Shown: piece by piece, positions 1 through 9,108 of the stretch
Position numbering within the stretch: the first letter of the stretch is position 1
How the letters are laid out: each line of letters starts with the position of its first letter
Origin: Dehalococcoidia bacterium
GTDB taxonomy: Bacteria > Chloroflexota > Dehalococcoidia > DSTF01 > JACRBR01
DNA length: 42,310 nucleotides
Direction: 5' to 3'
Assembly: GCA_041494685.1 (NCBI GenBank)
Contig: JBGQBE010000025.1
Span: 1 to 42,310 of the forward strand
Program-made: the position numbers and the translations under genes
Notes under the pieces: generated by a model
Databases searched by the model: none
What the model was told of the DNA's origin: nothing
What the model saw: the letters and a program-made list of their open reading frames with translations, nothing else

Positions 1-135
1 CTATCAGAGCAACGCAGAACGCCTCGCAGCCCTGCCCGGCTTCCTCCAGGCGTACAATGGCGATCGCCCACACACCGCACTCGGCGGTCTCCCGCCGCTC
101 TCGCGGATCTGTCAATAACGTCCGTGGGAACTACA
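1..135 (+). mobile_element. Right end of an IS481-family insertion sequence (transposase C-terminus 2-118, element end ...AACTACA at 135)
   Basis: Frame 2 reads YQSNAERLAALPGFLQAYNGDRPHTALGGLPPLSRICQ* (stop 116-118), the typical IS481 C-terminal YNxxRPHxALGxxPP motif. The element ends in ACA and is followed by GCTAGC (136-141), matching the NCTAGN target of IS481 elements. Not in the ORF track. Confidence 0.85.
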
Positions 136-261
136 GCTAGCCTCGGGCCCGACGCCCTCCGCGGACCGCCGCAGCGACTGACTCTCGTTGGAGCCTGCAC
201 TTCTCGATCAACCCTCTGCTCAGTAAGCAGATGGTCGCAGAATTCGGGCCCAGAGGCGAAG

Positions 262-283
262 GCCCCGGACACGCGTCCGGGGC
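262..283. terminator. GC-rich hairpin, possible intrinsic terminator
   Basis: GCCCCGGAC-acgc-GTCCGGGGC 9-bp perfect stem; U-tract is weak on both strands. Confidence 0.35.
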
Positions 284-398
284 TTCCATATAGTGAGGGG
301 GGACTTGGAGCGGGAAGCAGACGGGTGCCGCCGGAGGGGCGCCGCCCGACGGTCACCGGGGCCTTCACCGGCGACCCCTGGCCCGCGGTGCCGCGCGC

Positions 399-420
399 GT
401 TGCTGTCACCGTTGCTGTCA
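399..420. repeat. GTTGCTGTCA direct repeats (399-408, 411-420; third copy 628-637), putative integrase arm-type sites
   Basis: Three exact copies of a 10-mer flank the att copy at 479-523 on both sides. Confidence 0.55.
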
Positions 421-478
421 TCCACGGCGCGGGAGGGGCGATCTGACGCGCAAGCGGCCCAGTTTCGATCCTGAGAAG

Positions 479-523
479 TGGCACGCCCGGAGGGATTCGA
501 ACCCCCGACCCTCGGTTCCGAAG
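479..523 (-). repeat. att site: duplicated 3' part of tRNA-Arg(UCG)
   Basis: 45 bp identical to 31719-31763 except one mismatch (483 A vs 31723 G). Covers the anticodon loop through CCA; the 5' half of the tRNA is absent. Confidence 0.95.
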
Positions 524-643
524 GTCGTATCGTTCCGTACGTCACCGTCCGTACCCGTCCGTCTACGCGTACACCAGCATACTCAAATTCCATATCCGTC
601 CGCGCCTGTGCGCACTCGTCCGCCCGGGTTGCTGTCAACAGGC

Positions 644-1571
644 TCACACGCCGATCGCCGCGGCCACCTTCCCCCAGCTCGCGTCAGCTTCGCCTTCCAA
701 CCGCCGGAGGTAGATCGAAATCACCTGCAGCGACGAGTGGTCGAGGAAGCGGCTGACGCTCTCGATGCTCTCCCCGGCGTCTCGCCGGAGCTTGGCAGCC
801 GAGTGGCGGAAGATGTGCACGCCGGCGAGCGGCAGGGTCCCCGCCTTCAGGTAGCGGCGCAGGTTCCCGTAGAACGTCCCCGACGTGACGCCTCTGTCGC
901 CCGCGCTGGACGGCCGCAGCGAAGCCTCCGGGGGCATGGCCGCGATGTCCCGCCCGAAGGCCGCCAGGGCCCGCCGTGAGCGCCACGTACGCGGGCTGTG
1001 GCAGCTCCCGCTTGCCCTGCTTGTTCCCCTTGCCACGGTAGCGGTACCAGATGCGTTCGTCCTCCTGCGTGAGGTCGCCCGCGGTCATGTTCAGCACTTC
1101 AACTCGGCGCCGGCCGGTGAGCGTCAGCGTGAGGATGATCGCCCGGTCCCTCAGGCCGACCGGCGTCTCGGGGATCACGGCGAGCAGCTTGCGGATGTCG
1201 TCGGCGGTGAGGCCCTTCGGCGGGGCGACCTGGACGCGCGGGCGTTCGAGCGCGTCGCACGGGTTGGACGAGACGACGTCCATGCGGATCAGGAAGCGGT
1301 AGAAGCTGCTCAGGCAGGCGAGCCGCGCGCCGATGGTGACGGACGAGGGCTGCTTGCCGGAGAGCCCGACGCCGTACCCCCAGGCGAAGACCTCGGGGCT
1401 GGTGACGCGGTCGGGCGGCTTGCCGACGCTGGCGAAGAAGTGCTGCAGCATACGGCTGTAGCCCTCAACGGTGCGCCGACTACCGGAGCGTCGCTCCTTC
1501 TCGGCGAGGAACGCGTAGAGGCTGCGTTCCCGGACCTCGGCGGTGTTGTCGAACGTGGCGATCGTCTGCAT
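644..1571 (-). pseudogene. XerC/D-like tyrosine recombinase/integrase with +1 frameshift at ~970-972
   Basis: ORF 684-1571 has the N-terminal SAM-like region, RDRAI..TGRR and GKGNK. ORF 644-1036 has HIFRHS, LDH and the catalytic Y. Removing one base from CCC 970-972 joins them (YVALTAALAAFGR). Confidence 0.85.
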
Positions 1572-1681
1572 GGTGACGCCCCCTCCTGGAAGGGCGTCAC
1601 CATATTGGCTCTCACGCGGACACTATCAAGTCCGCCAGCGCGTGACGATGGTATCCTGCTTTCGCTGGAGGCGAGGAACAC

Positions 1682-1933
1682 GTGAGCGGACGCAGACGAC
1701 CCAAGCCGGTGGGCATCGCTCCAGGTAGCCGCATCACGCTGCGACAAGGAGCCTTTGACACTTCACGGCAGCCGCACCTCCACGCTCATGCGCTGCACGG
1801 CGACCTTGGCACCGTCGTCGAAGGGCGCCATGCCGCTTGGCCTGGCTGGCTTCATGTCAGGTTTGACGATTGCCCAACGGTCCATCGACTGGCGGAAAAC
1901 GAGGTCTCATTGAATCGGCGCGCAAAGACGTAG
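1682..1933 (+). CDS. Small hypothetical protein (83 aa), possibly SH3-like beta fold
   Basis: GTG start after AGGA, divergent from the integrase; GTVVE...WLHVRFDD beta-strand pattern. Confidence 0.4.
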   Translation: MSGRRRPKPVGIAPGSRITLRQGAFDTSRQPHLHAHALHGDLGTVVEGRHAAWPGWLHVRFDDCPTVHRLAENEVSLNRRAKT

Positions 1934-1998
1934 CACTCGTCCTCGCTGGGCCGTCGCCCGACGTGCGCACCATGACTGCGTTGTGTTGGCCGATACCG

Positions 1999-3972
1999 TC
2001 AAGGGGCTGTGTGGCGGATTTCAGTAAGCTCCTCGACCACAACCGAAGCGCTCTCCGGTCGCTGGTCGGACGCCTTTGCGAGCATACGCAGGATCAGCGC
2101 GTCGAGCGACGGCGGTACCGCGGCGTTGTGCTCTGACGGAGCGACGGGGGCCGCATGGACGTGCTGCGAGGTCACGGCGGCCGTGCTGTCTCCGACGAAC
2201 GGCGGCCGCCCTGTCACCAGTTCGTACAGCATGGCCCCAAGCGCGTAGAGGTCGGTGCGTGCGTCGGTCTCCTGGCCGAGCGCCTGCTCTGGCGACATGT
2301 ACGACGCCGTACCCATGACAACGCCTGCCATGGTGAGACGCGAGCGGTCCATTGCGAGGGCCAGGCCGAAGTCGCCCAGCTTCGCCTCGCGATCCTCACC
2401 GAGGAGCACGTTTCCGGGTTTCAGATCGCGATGGATGATGCCGCGTTTGTGGACCACGGCCAGAGCGGAGGCGATGCCCGAACCGATTGAAAGCGCACGG
2501 CTGATCGACAGCGATCCCCCGGCCGCCCGCAGTTCCTGCTTCAGGTCGCCGCCGGGCACGTACTCGTAGACAATGTACGGTCGGCCCTCGTCTTCGCCGA
2601 CGTCGAAGACGGTCACGATGTTGGGATGCGCCCCCAGACGCGCCATCGCCTGCCCCTCGCGCTGAAGACGGAAGCGATCCTCCGGCTCCAGGAGCGCAGT
2701 CTTGATCAGTGCGAACGCGCAGTCGCGGTCGAGTGTCAGGTCGTGCACGAGATATACGATCTTCTGGCCGCCCTCGCCCAGCGCCCTGCGCACCATATAG
2801 CGGCCGCCCGCCAGGGTCCTCCCGGTGCTCGGGGCGATCACCGTCGCGCCGTCGACCGGGCGCTCCTTCAAGTCGACGATTCTGTACGCGGTCACTGGTT
2901 TGAGGATGCCTTTGAGCATAAACTCGCCGGCTGGCTCGACGTCCAACCCCTGTTCGACCGCGGCGTAAACACGCTGACTCAGGAGAATCTGTCCGCTTGC
3001 CGCCTCATCGCAGAGGCGCGAGGCCAGGTTGACGACGTTGCCGATCACCCCGTAGTCGCGACGTCCTTCAAACCCGATCTCGCCCAGCGTCGCATATCCG
3101 AAATCGATACCGACGCCAAAGCCGAGGTCGTGCCCGCGTTTCCCCCAGGCACGGAGCATCTCTTCCATGCGGTCTCTCATCGACACGGCCAACCGCACAG
3201 CTTGAGCGGCCGGCTCCGGACAGGGAAGAGGGTCGTTGAAGAAGACCATCAAGCCGTCGCCCTCGAAGAACCCAACTGTCGCCTCGGCAGCGGAGATCAG
3301 CGCCCCCATGGCCTCGTGATACTCACCAAGGACGGCCATCACTTCTTCGGGTTCCGACCTCTCGCTGAACCCCGTGAAGCCGCGCAAATCGCAGAAGACG
3401 ACAGCCACCCGACGCCGGTGGCTGCGCAGCATCGTCTCGTCGCCGGAGGAGACAAGAACATCGGCGATCTGTGGCGAGAGGAAGCGACGCAGCCGGCCCA
3501 TGCGCTCCAACTCGCGAAGCTGCTGTTGCACGCGGTCTTCGAGCGTCCGGTTCAACTCCGCGAGTTCGGCCGCTTGCGTACGAATGACGTCGTAGTACTG
3601 CTTCACGCGCAGCAGCGATCCGACGCGCGCCAGTAGCTCCGCCTTATCGAACGGCTTAGCGATGAAGTCGTCGGCGCCGGCCTCGAGCGCCTTGAGTTTT
3701 TCCTGATCGCCGCTGGCGGTGATCATCACCACCGGGAGTGCGCGTGTCGCTGGATCGTTGCGCAGCCTGCGACAGACCTCGTAGCCGTCCATCTCCGGCA
3801 TCAGGATGTCGAGGAGGATCAGGTCGGGTCTTTCGCGGCCGATCAGCTCAAGCGCGTCGCGGCCAGATGTCGCCGGCAGCACGGTGTAGTTGCGGGGGGC
3901 AAGGACGGCTTCCAGGAGCCTGATGTTCTGGGGCGTGTCGTCGACCACGACGATCTTCGGCTGCGAGTCCAT
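1999..3972 (-). CDS. Receiver - class III nucleotidyl cyclase - Hanks-type Ser/Thr kinase fusion
   Basis: REC (VVDD, LLDILMP, KPF); cyclase (FCDLRGFT, EGDG, DYGVIGNVVNLASRL); kinase (GEGGQKIVY, HRDLKPGN, DFG, GTASYMSPE, DLYALG). Start set at ATG 3972, just after the upstream stop. Confidence 0.9.
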   Translation of the reverse strand: MDSQPKIVVVDDTPQNIRLLEAVLAPRNYTVLPATSGRDALELIGRERPDLILLDILMPEMDGYEVCRRLRNDPATRALPVVMITASGDQEKLKALEAGADDFIAKPFDKAELLARVGSLLRVKQYYDVIRTQAAELAELNRTLEDRVQQQLRELERMGRLRRFLSPQIADVLVSSGDETMLRSHRRRVAVVFCDLRGFTGFSERSEPEEVMAVLGEYHEAMGALISAAEATVGFFEGDGLMVFFNDPLPCPEPAAQAVRLAVSMRDRMEEMLRAWGKRGHDLGFGVGIDFGYATLGEIGFEGRRDYGVIGNVVNLASRLCDEAASGQILLSQRVYAAVEQGLDVEPAGEFMLKGILKPVTAYRIVDLKERPVDGATVIAPSTGRTLAGGRYMVRRALGEGGQKIVYLVHDLTLDRDCAFALIKTALLEPEDRFRLQREGQAMARLGAHPNIVTVFDVGEDEGRPYIVYEYVPGGDLKQELRAAGGSLSISRALSIGSGIASALAVVHKRGIIHRDLKPGNVLLGEDREAKLGDFGLALAMDRSRLTMAGVVMGTASYMSPEQALGQETDARTDLYALGAMLYELVTGRPPFVGDSTAAVTSQHVHAAPVAPSEHNAAVPPSLDALILRMLAKASDQRPESASVVVEELTEIRHTAP

Positions 3973-3973
3973 G

Positions 3974-4360
3974 CTATACCCCCCGGCGGGCAACCTCGCA
4001 CTGCTGCCGTATGAGCTCAGGGAATCGGCGGATGTCGATAGGCTTCGTCAGGTAGCCGTCGAAGCCGGAGGCCAGGAACCGGTCACGGTCGTCGCGCATG
4101 GCGAAGGCGGTAAGCGCCACCACGCGGAGCGCCGCCGTGGCCGGTTCGCCCCTCAGCCGGCCCAGAGCCGTGACGCCGTCCATGTCGGGCAGTTGGATAT
4201 CCATGAGGATGAGGTCCGGCAAGTGCTCCGTCGCGAGCGCGATAGCGTCGTGCGCCGTCTCCGCTTCGAGCGTACGGTAACCATTGAACTGCAGGATATC
4301 GCGTACGAGCTTCAGGTTCTTCTCGTTATCCTCGACGACGAGGATCAGCTCACCCGCCAT
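3974..4360 (-). CDS. Single-domain response regulator (DivK/CheY-like)
   Basis: LVVEDN, LMDIQLP, ALTA, KPID motifs. Confidence 0.92.
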   Translation of the reverse strand: MAGELILVVEDNEKNLKLVRDILQFNGYRTLEAETAHDAIALATEHLPDLILMDIQLPDMDGVTALGRLRGEPATAALRVVALTAFAMRDDRDRFLASGFDGYLTKPIDIRRFPELIRQQCEVARRGV

Positions 4361-4363
4361 GCC

Positions 4364-6820
4364 TCACGCAACCTCTCGCTGACACAAGCGCCGCACGAGC
4401 TCGACAAACTCGACCCGGCTGAACTCCGCCTTGCGCGCGAGGTGACTAATGTGGGAATTCAGCCGCTCTTTCTCCTTCTGGCCGATGCTCTTTGACGTCA
4501 GCACCACAATGGGGATCTCCGCCGTCGCAAGGTTGCCGTGCAGACGCTCGGCTGCCGTGAAGCCGTCCATCTCCGGCATCAGCAGGTCCAGGATGATCAG
4601 CGCGGGCCGTTCAGACTCCGCCTTCATTATCCCTTCTTCGCCGCCCGTCGCGCGCAGGACGGTGAATCCGGCGGGGACGAGGATGGTCTCGATCAGCTCC
4701 AGCGCAAGCGGATCGTCGTCGATCGCCAGCACCTTGCATGGCGCGTCGGGGCCCCGTCCGTCCGCCGTAAAGCGCCGCAGCGTGGCGAGCAGTTCGTCGC
4801 GGTTGACCGGCTTCACCAGATAATCCGCCGCGCCCAACGCGATGCCTTTGCCGCGCTCATCGAGCATGGAGACGATGATCACCGGGATGTCCGCCGTGCT
4901 GCTGTCGCCCTTGATCTGCGTGAGGAAGTCCCAGCCATCAAGGCGCGGGAGCGAGATGTCGAGCGTGATGCCCGACGGGTGCAGGCTGCGCGCCATCTCC
5001 AGCCCTTCCTCGCCATCGCGGGCGACGGACACGTTGAAGCCCGCGCCGCTGATGTAGATCGTCAGCAGGTCGATCGCCGCCTGGTCGTCCTCGACGAGCA
5101 GGATGGTGGCGCCGCCGACGGTCGGCTCCGGCTCCGGGCCAATCGCCGGGGCGGGTGCCGGCGGGGACGGGCGTCGCGTTATGTCGTGCGATTTGAAGCT
5201 GGATCGGGGTTCGTTTCGTAATTTCGCTTTTTCGGGGACCACGGATTGGACAGACGCTTCCGTCTCGGCCGGACGGCGCACCGGCAGCCGGAAGGTGAAG
5301 GTGCTGCCGACGCCAAGTTCGCTCTCGACCCAGATCCGGCCGCCGTGCAGCTCGACGAATTTCTTGGCCAGCGCGAGGCCTAACCCCGTCCCTTCCCGCT
5401 TCTGGGCGTCGGGTTGAGAGGCCTGCTGAAATTCTTCGAAGATGCGCTCCTGGTCGTCGGGCGCGATGCCGGTGCCCGTGTCGCGGACGGCCACCTCGAG
5501 CTCGCCGTCCACGAGCCGCGCCGACGTATCGATGCGGCCGCCTTCGGGCGTGAACTTCACAGCGTTGGAGAGCAGGTTGAAGACGACCGCCTTCACTTTG
5601 CGCTCGTCGGCCTCGATGACGCCGCTGTTCGGGTCGACCTCCAGCCCGAGCGCGATCCTGTGACGCCCTGCCCGCTCGCGCGACATGCCCAGGCAACTCT
5701 CCAGCGTCTCGGCGACCGACAGCGCGCCGAGCTCGAGTTCCATTCTCCCCGCCTCGACCTTCGAGAGGTCGAGGATGTCATTGATCAGCAACAACAGCTG
5801 CTTCCCTGACGCAACGATGTCCTGCAGGTACTCGTCCTGCTTCTCGTTCAGCTCGCCGAACATGCGCTCCTGCAACACCTCGGAGAAGCCGATGATCGCG
5901 TTCAGCGGCGTGCGCAGCTCGTGCGACATGCTCGCCAGGAACTCGGATTTATGGCGGCTCGCCAACTCGAGCTCCCGGTAGAGCCGCCCCAGCTCGCCGC
6001 TCATGCGGTTGAGGTTCGCCGCCAGCGCGCCCAGCTCGTCGCGGTTCGGCACCTGCACACGATGCGAGAAGTCGCCGGATGCGACCTTCTCCAAGTGCGC
6101 GCCCATCCGCCTGACCGACCCGCTGAGCGAAGACGCGATGGCGTAGCCAAGGACGAGTGCGAGCGCGATGCTGCCCGCCGCGAATCCGATGACGATCCAG
6201 CGCGACGTCCCGTAGGCATCGCTGTTCTGTGCGATCGTCGTCACCATGTCCGACTCGGCCGTGTTCACCAGCTCGTTGGTACGCAGCGCGAGCCGGTCCG
6301 CCAGCGGTCGCGCCTGCGTCCTCAGCAGGTCCTGCGCCTCGGCGATCTTGCCGTCGCGCACAAGTTCGACGACCTGAACCATCATTTTGCCGAAATCGCC
6401 GTAGTCCTTATCGATCTGGCCCAGCAGCTCCGTCTCGTGCGGCCCGATCTGGTCTTTCGTTACCAGCTGGAGGCGGTCGAAGTTATAGGTCGACTCCTTG
6501 AGCTGCCGCAGCGTCGAGTCGAGCGTCTCGGCGTCGGAAGCGGAGAACGCCGACGCGACGAGATAGAGCTGGTTGGTGGCATCGTTCTGGACTGCCCGGT
6601 ACGCGGAGACCTTCCGCTGGAGCGCGCCCAAATGCTCGGCGCGGTCGTTCGCCTTGCTGAGTACCTGCAGGCCGGCGGCGCCCACCGCGATGAGGAGCAG
6701 CACCATCGCCAGGAACGCCGCCGCGAGCTTGCCGTAGATCGGCACCGGAACGCGTGCGACCAGCCAGCCGGGCCATTCGGCCGGCGCCATGCCCCCGCGG
6801 CGTCCCTCCGTTGCGTTCAC
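4364..6820 (-). CDS. Hybrid sensor histidine kinase (TM - helical sensor - TM - HAMP - HisKA - HATPase - REC - REC)
   Basis: MSHELRTPLN H-box, NLLSNAVKF, DTGTGI and GTGLGL boxes; two receiver domains with intact Asp; start overlaps the upstream SBP stop (GTGA). Confidence 0.93.
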   Translation of the reverse strand: MNATEGRRGGMAPAEWPGWLVARVPVPIYGKLAAAFLAMVLLLIAVGAAGLQVLSKANDRAEHLGALQRKVSAYRAVQNDATNQLYLVASAFSASDAETLDSTLRQLKESTYNFDRLQLVTKDQIGPHETELLGQIDKDYGDFGKMMVQVVELVRDGKIAEAQDLLRTQARPLADRLALRTNELVNTAESDMVTTIAQNSDAYGTSRWIVIGFAAGSIALALVLGYAIASSLSGSVRRMGAHLEKVASGDFSHRVQVPNRDELGALAANLNRMSGELGRLYRELELASRHKSEFLASMSHELRTPLNAIIGFSEVLQERMFGELNEKQDEYLQDIVASGKQLLLLINDILDLSKVEAGRMELELGALSVAETLESCLGMSRERAGRHRIALGLEVDPNSGVIEADERKVKAVVFNLLSNAVKFTPEGGRIDTSARLVDGELEVAVRDTGTGIAPDDQERIFEEFQQASQPDAQKREGTGLGLALAKKFVELHGGRIWVESELGVGSTFTFRLPVRRPAETEASVQSVVPEKAKLRNEPRSSFKSHDITRRPSPPAPAPAIGPEPEPTVGGATILLVEDDQAAIDLLTIYISGAGFNVSVARDGEEGLEMARSLHPSGITLDISLPRLDGWDFLTQIKGDSSTADIPVIIVSMLDERGKGIALGAADYLVKPVNRDELLATLRRFTADGRGPDAPCKVLAIDDDPLALELIETILVPAGFTVLRATGGEEGIMKAESERPALIILDLLMPEMDGFTAAERLHGNLATAEIPIVVLTSKSIGQKEKERLNSHISHLARKAEFSRVEFVELVRRLCQREVA

Positions 6821-7899
6821 GCTACTGCCAACTCCCGCTTGATCTGCTCCAGGTAGCGCCAGTCCGTGGCGCGGGCGATCAGCTCATCCGGCGTGCTCTT
6901 AACGAGCCCCGCCTCGTTGAGCCGCAGCGCATAGAATCGCACGGTGTCCTCGGGGTTGAACTCCCGCCAGGCGGTGTACGATAACCCGGCGAATGTATCG
7001 AGCGTGCTATCGTAGTTCGACTCGTAGCCTTTGTCTACGAGGTAACGAGCGGCGCGCTCCGGTTCCTTAGCGCACAGGTCGGTTGCCTTCAAGATGGCGC
7101 GCAGTGCGCGCTTCGTCGCTGCGGGGTGCTTCTCTACGAAGTCTCTGTTTCCCGCAGCCATGCAGCAGAAGTACTGCGTCCACGGAGGGTCCATCATAGT
7201 GTCGAGGACGACGTGCCCGATGTTCTGGCTCCGGAACAGCATCGACACAGGGGGTGGCAGGAGAAACACGTCAATCGTGCCCGCCAAGAACGCCTGCACG
7301 AAGTCGTTCGGGCTCAGCTCAACGAACTCAACCTCGTTGTTGATATCGATGCCGACGAACGCCAGAAGCGACGCCATGAAGAGGTAAGACGGATCGGTCG
7401 CATCTCGCTTCTCGATCCAGATTCTCTTTCCTTTGAGGTCGCGCAGCGACTGCACCCGGTCGTTGCCGAACAGCTCCCAGCAGGTCTGGTGCACGCCGGC
7501 GAGAACCACGAGCTGGTCGCTCGTATCTAGCATGGCGGTCATTTGCTCCCCGCCGACGAAATGGATGTCTATCTCGTTCTTGGCGTTTTGGTGACCCACT
7601 GGGTCGTCGATGTACTGCACGGTGGTGAACCCTTCCTCCGGCAGGAAGAGTTCGGCGAGCTGGAACGGGGCCGAGCACACCCCAATAGCGGTCTTGCCGA
7701 GCCGGATCGTCGTCGTCTCCGGCGGCGGGTCGACGACGGCCCCGGGCGTGCTCGTCGGGCTGGCCTTGCTGCCGCCTGAGCCGCAGGCGCCGAGCAGCAG
7801 GACGCCTGCGCCAACGGCACCCGCGCTGGCGGCGACGCCCAGGAACTCGCGCCGGCTCAACGTCTGGGACTGGCGGACGGGGCTGATGTGGCTATCCAC
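6817..7899 (-). CDS. NitT/TauT (SsuA/NMT1-like) solute-binding lipoprotein with Tat signal, paralog 1
   Basis: SRREFLG twin-Arg motif, LLGAC lipobox, DLKGKRI, FVEKHPAATKRALRA; AGGAGG RBS before GTG. Confidence 0.85.
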   Translation of the reverse strand: MDSHISPVRQSQTLSRREFLGVAASAGAVGAGVLLLGACGSGGSKASPTSTPGAVVDPPPETTTIRLGKTAIGVCSAPFQLAELFLPEEGFTTVQYIDDPVGHQNAKNEIDIHFVGGEQMTAMLDTSDQLVVLAGVHQTCWELFGNDRVQSLRDLKGKRIWIEKRDATDPSYLFMASLLAFVGIDINNEVEFVELSPNDFVQAFLAGTIDVFLLPPPVSMLFRSQNIGHVVLDTMMDPPWTQYFCCMAAGNRDFVEKHPAATKRALRAILKATDLCAKEPERAARYLVDKGYESNYDSTLDTFAGLSYTAWREFNPEDTVRFYALRLNEAGLVKSTPDELIARATDWRYLEQIKRELAVA

Positions 7900-7962
7900 G
7901 TCGGTCCTCCTTCTGCGATGCGCGCCGCCCCGCGATGCGCCCGCGCCGTCCCTCTGCTGGGT

Positions 7963-9108
7963 TCACGCTACCGCCAGTTCCCGCTTGATCTCGTTCAGGT
8001 AGCGCCAGTCCGTGGCGCGGGCGACCAACTCATCCGGCGTGCTCTTAACGAGCCCCGCCTCTTTGAGCCGCAACGCATGGAATCGCACGGTGTCTTCGGG
8101 GTTGAACTCCCGCCAAGCGCCGGACGACAGGTGCATCACTGCATGGAGCGTGTTGTCGTAGTCAAACGTCACGCCTTCAGCCGTCGTGAGGCCGTTGTCG
8201 ACGAGGTAGCGAGCGGCGCGCTCGGGCTCCCTGGCGCACAGGTCGGTTGCCTTCAGGATGGCGCGCAGTGCGCGCTTCGTCGCTGCGGGGTGCTTCTCTA
8301 CGAAGTCTCTGTTTCCCGTGACCATGCAGCAGAAGTACTGCGACCACGGAGCGTCCAGCATGCCGTTGAGGATGACGTGCCCGGTGTTCGTGTTCCGGAA
8401 CAGCGTCGAGAAAGGTTCTAACACGAGCACCGTGTCAATCGTGCCCGCCCGCAGCTGGTTAAATCCATCTGTCCCGCTCAGCTTGACGAATTCAACTTCA
8501 TGTTCGAGATCGATGCCGACGTATGCCAGCAGCGTCGCCATAAAGGTGTAAATCGGGTCGTTCGCGTCGGTGCTGGGGACCGAGATCCTCTTGCCCTTGA
8601 GGTCGTGCAGCGTCTGCACACGGTCGCTGGCGAACAGGTCGTAGCAGGTCGGGTAGATGCCGGCGAGGACCACGAGCGGTTGGCCCGCGTCTGCGGCGGT
8701 TGTCAGCGACGACATCAGGCTGGGACTGAAGTCTATCTCGCCCGCGGCAGTATGCCCTGCGCCGTGGTCGCCGCTCGCGACCTGGCAGGAACATCCAGTT
8801 TGCTGGGCGCCGTCGACCTGGACGTACTGCACGTCGGTGAACCCTTCCTCCGGCAGGAAGAGTGCGGCGAGATCGATCGGCGCCGCGCACATAGCGCCGG
8901 TCTTGGCGAGTCGGATCGTCGTCGTCTCCGGCGGCGGGTCGACGACGGCCCCCGGCGTGCTCGTCGGGCTGCCCTTGCTGCCGCCTGAGCCGCAGGCGCC
9001 GAGCAGCACCACGCCGGCGCCAACGGCGCCCGCGCTGACGGCGACGCCCAGGAACTCGCGCCGGCTCAACGTCTGGGACTGACGGACGGGTCTGAGGTGG
9101 CTATCCAT
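7963..9108 (-). CDS. NitT/TauT solute-binding lipoprotein with Tat signal, paralog 2
   Basis: N- and C-termini nearly identical to 6817-7899; central region divergent with a Cys/His-rich insert. Confidence 0.85.
   Translation of the reverse strand: MDSHLRPVRQSQTLSRREFLGVAVSAGAVGAGVVLLGACGSGGSKGSPTSTPGAVVDPPPETTTIRLAKTGAMCAAPIDLAALFLPEEGFTDVQYVQVDGAQQTGCSCQVASGDHGAGHTAAGEIDFSPSLMSSLTTAADAGQPLVVLAGIYPTCYDLFASDRVQTLHDLKGKRISVPSTDANDPIYTFMATLLAYVGIDLEHEVEFVKLSGTDGFNQLRAGTIDTVLVLEPFSTLFRNTNTGHVILNGMLDAPWSQYFCCMVTGNRDFVEKHPAATKRALRAILKATDLCAREPERAARYLVDNGLTTAEGVTFDYDNTLHAVMHLSSGAWREFNPEDTVRFHALRLKEAGLVKSTPDELVARATDWRYLNEIKRELAVA

Noticed and set aside
479..560. Second tRNA-Arg gene
   Set aside because: Only the 3' 45 bp match; the D-arm and 5' acceptor strand are missing, so it is an att copy.
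960..985. Programmed frameshift in the integrase
   Set aside because: No slippery sequence or stimulatory structure is recognisable; a simple indel explains it.
6817..9108. ABC import operon
   Set aside because: No permease or ATPase gene nearby; the SBPs are coupled to a histidine kinase.
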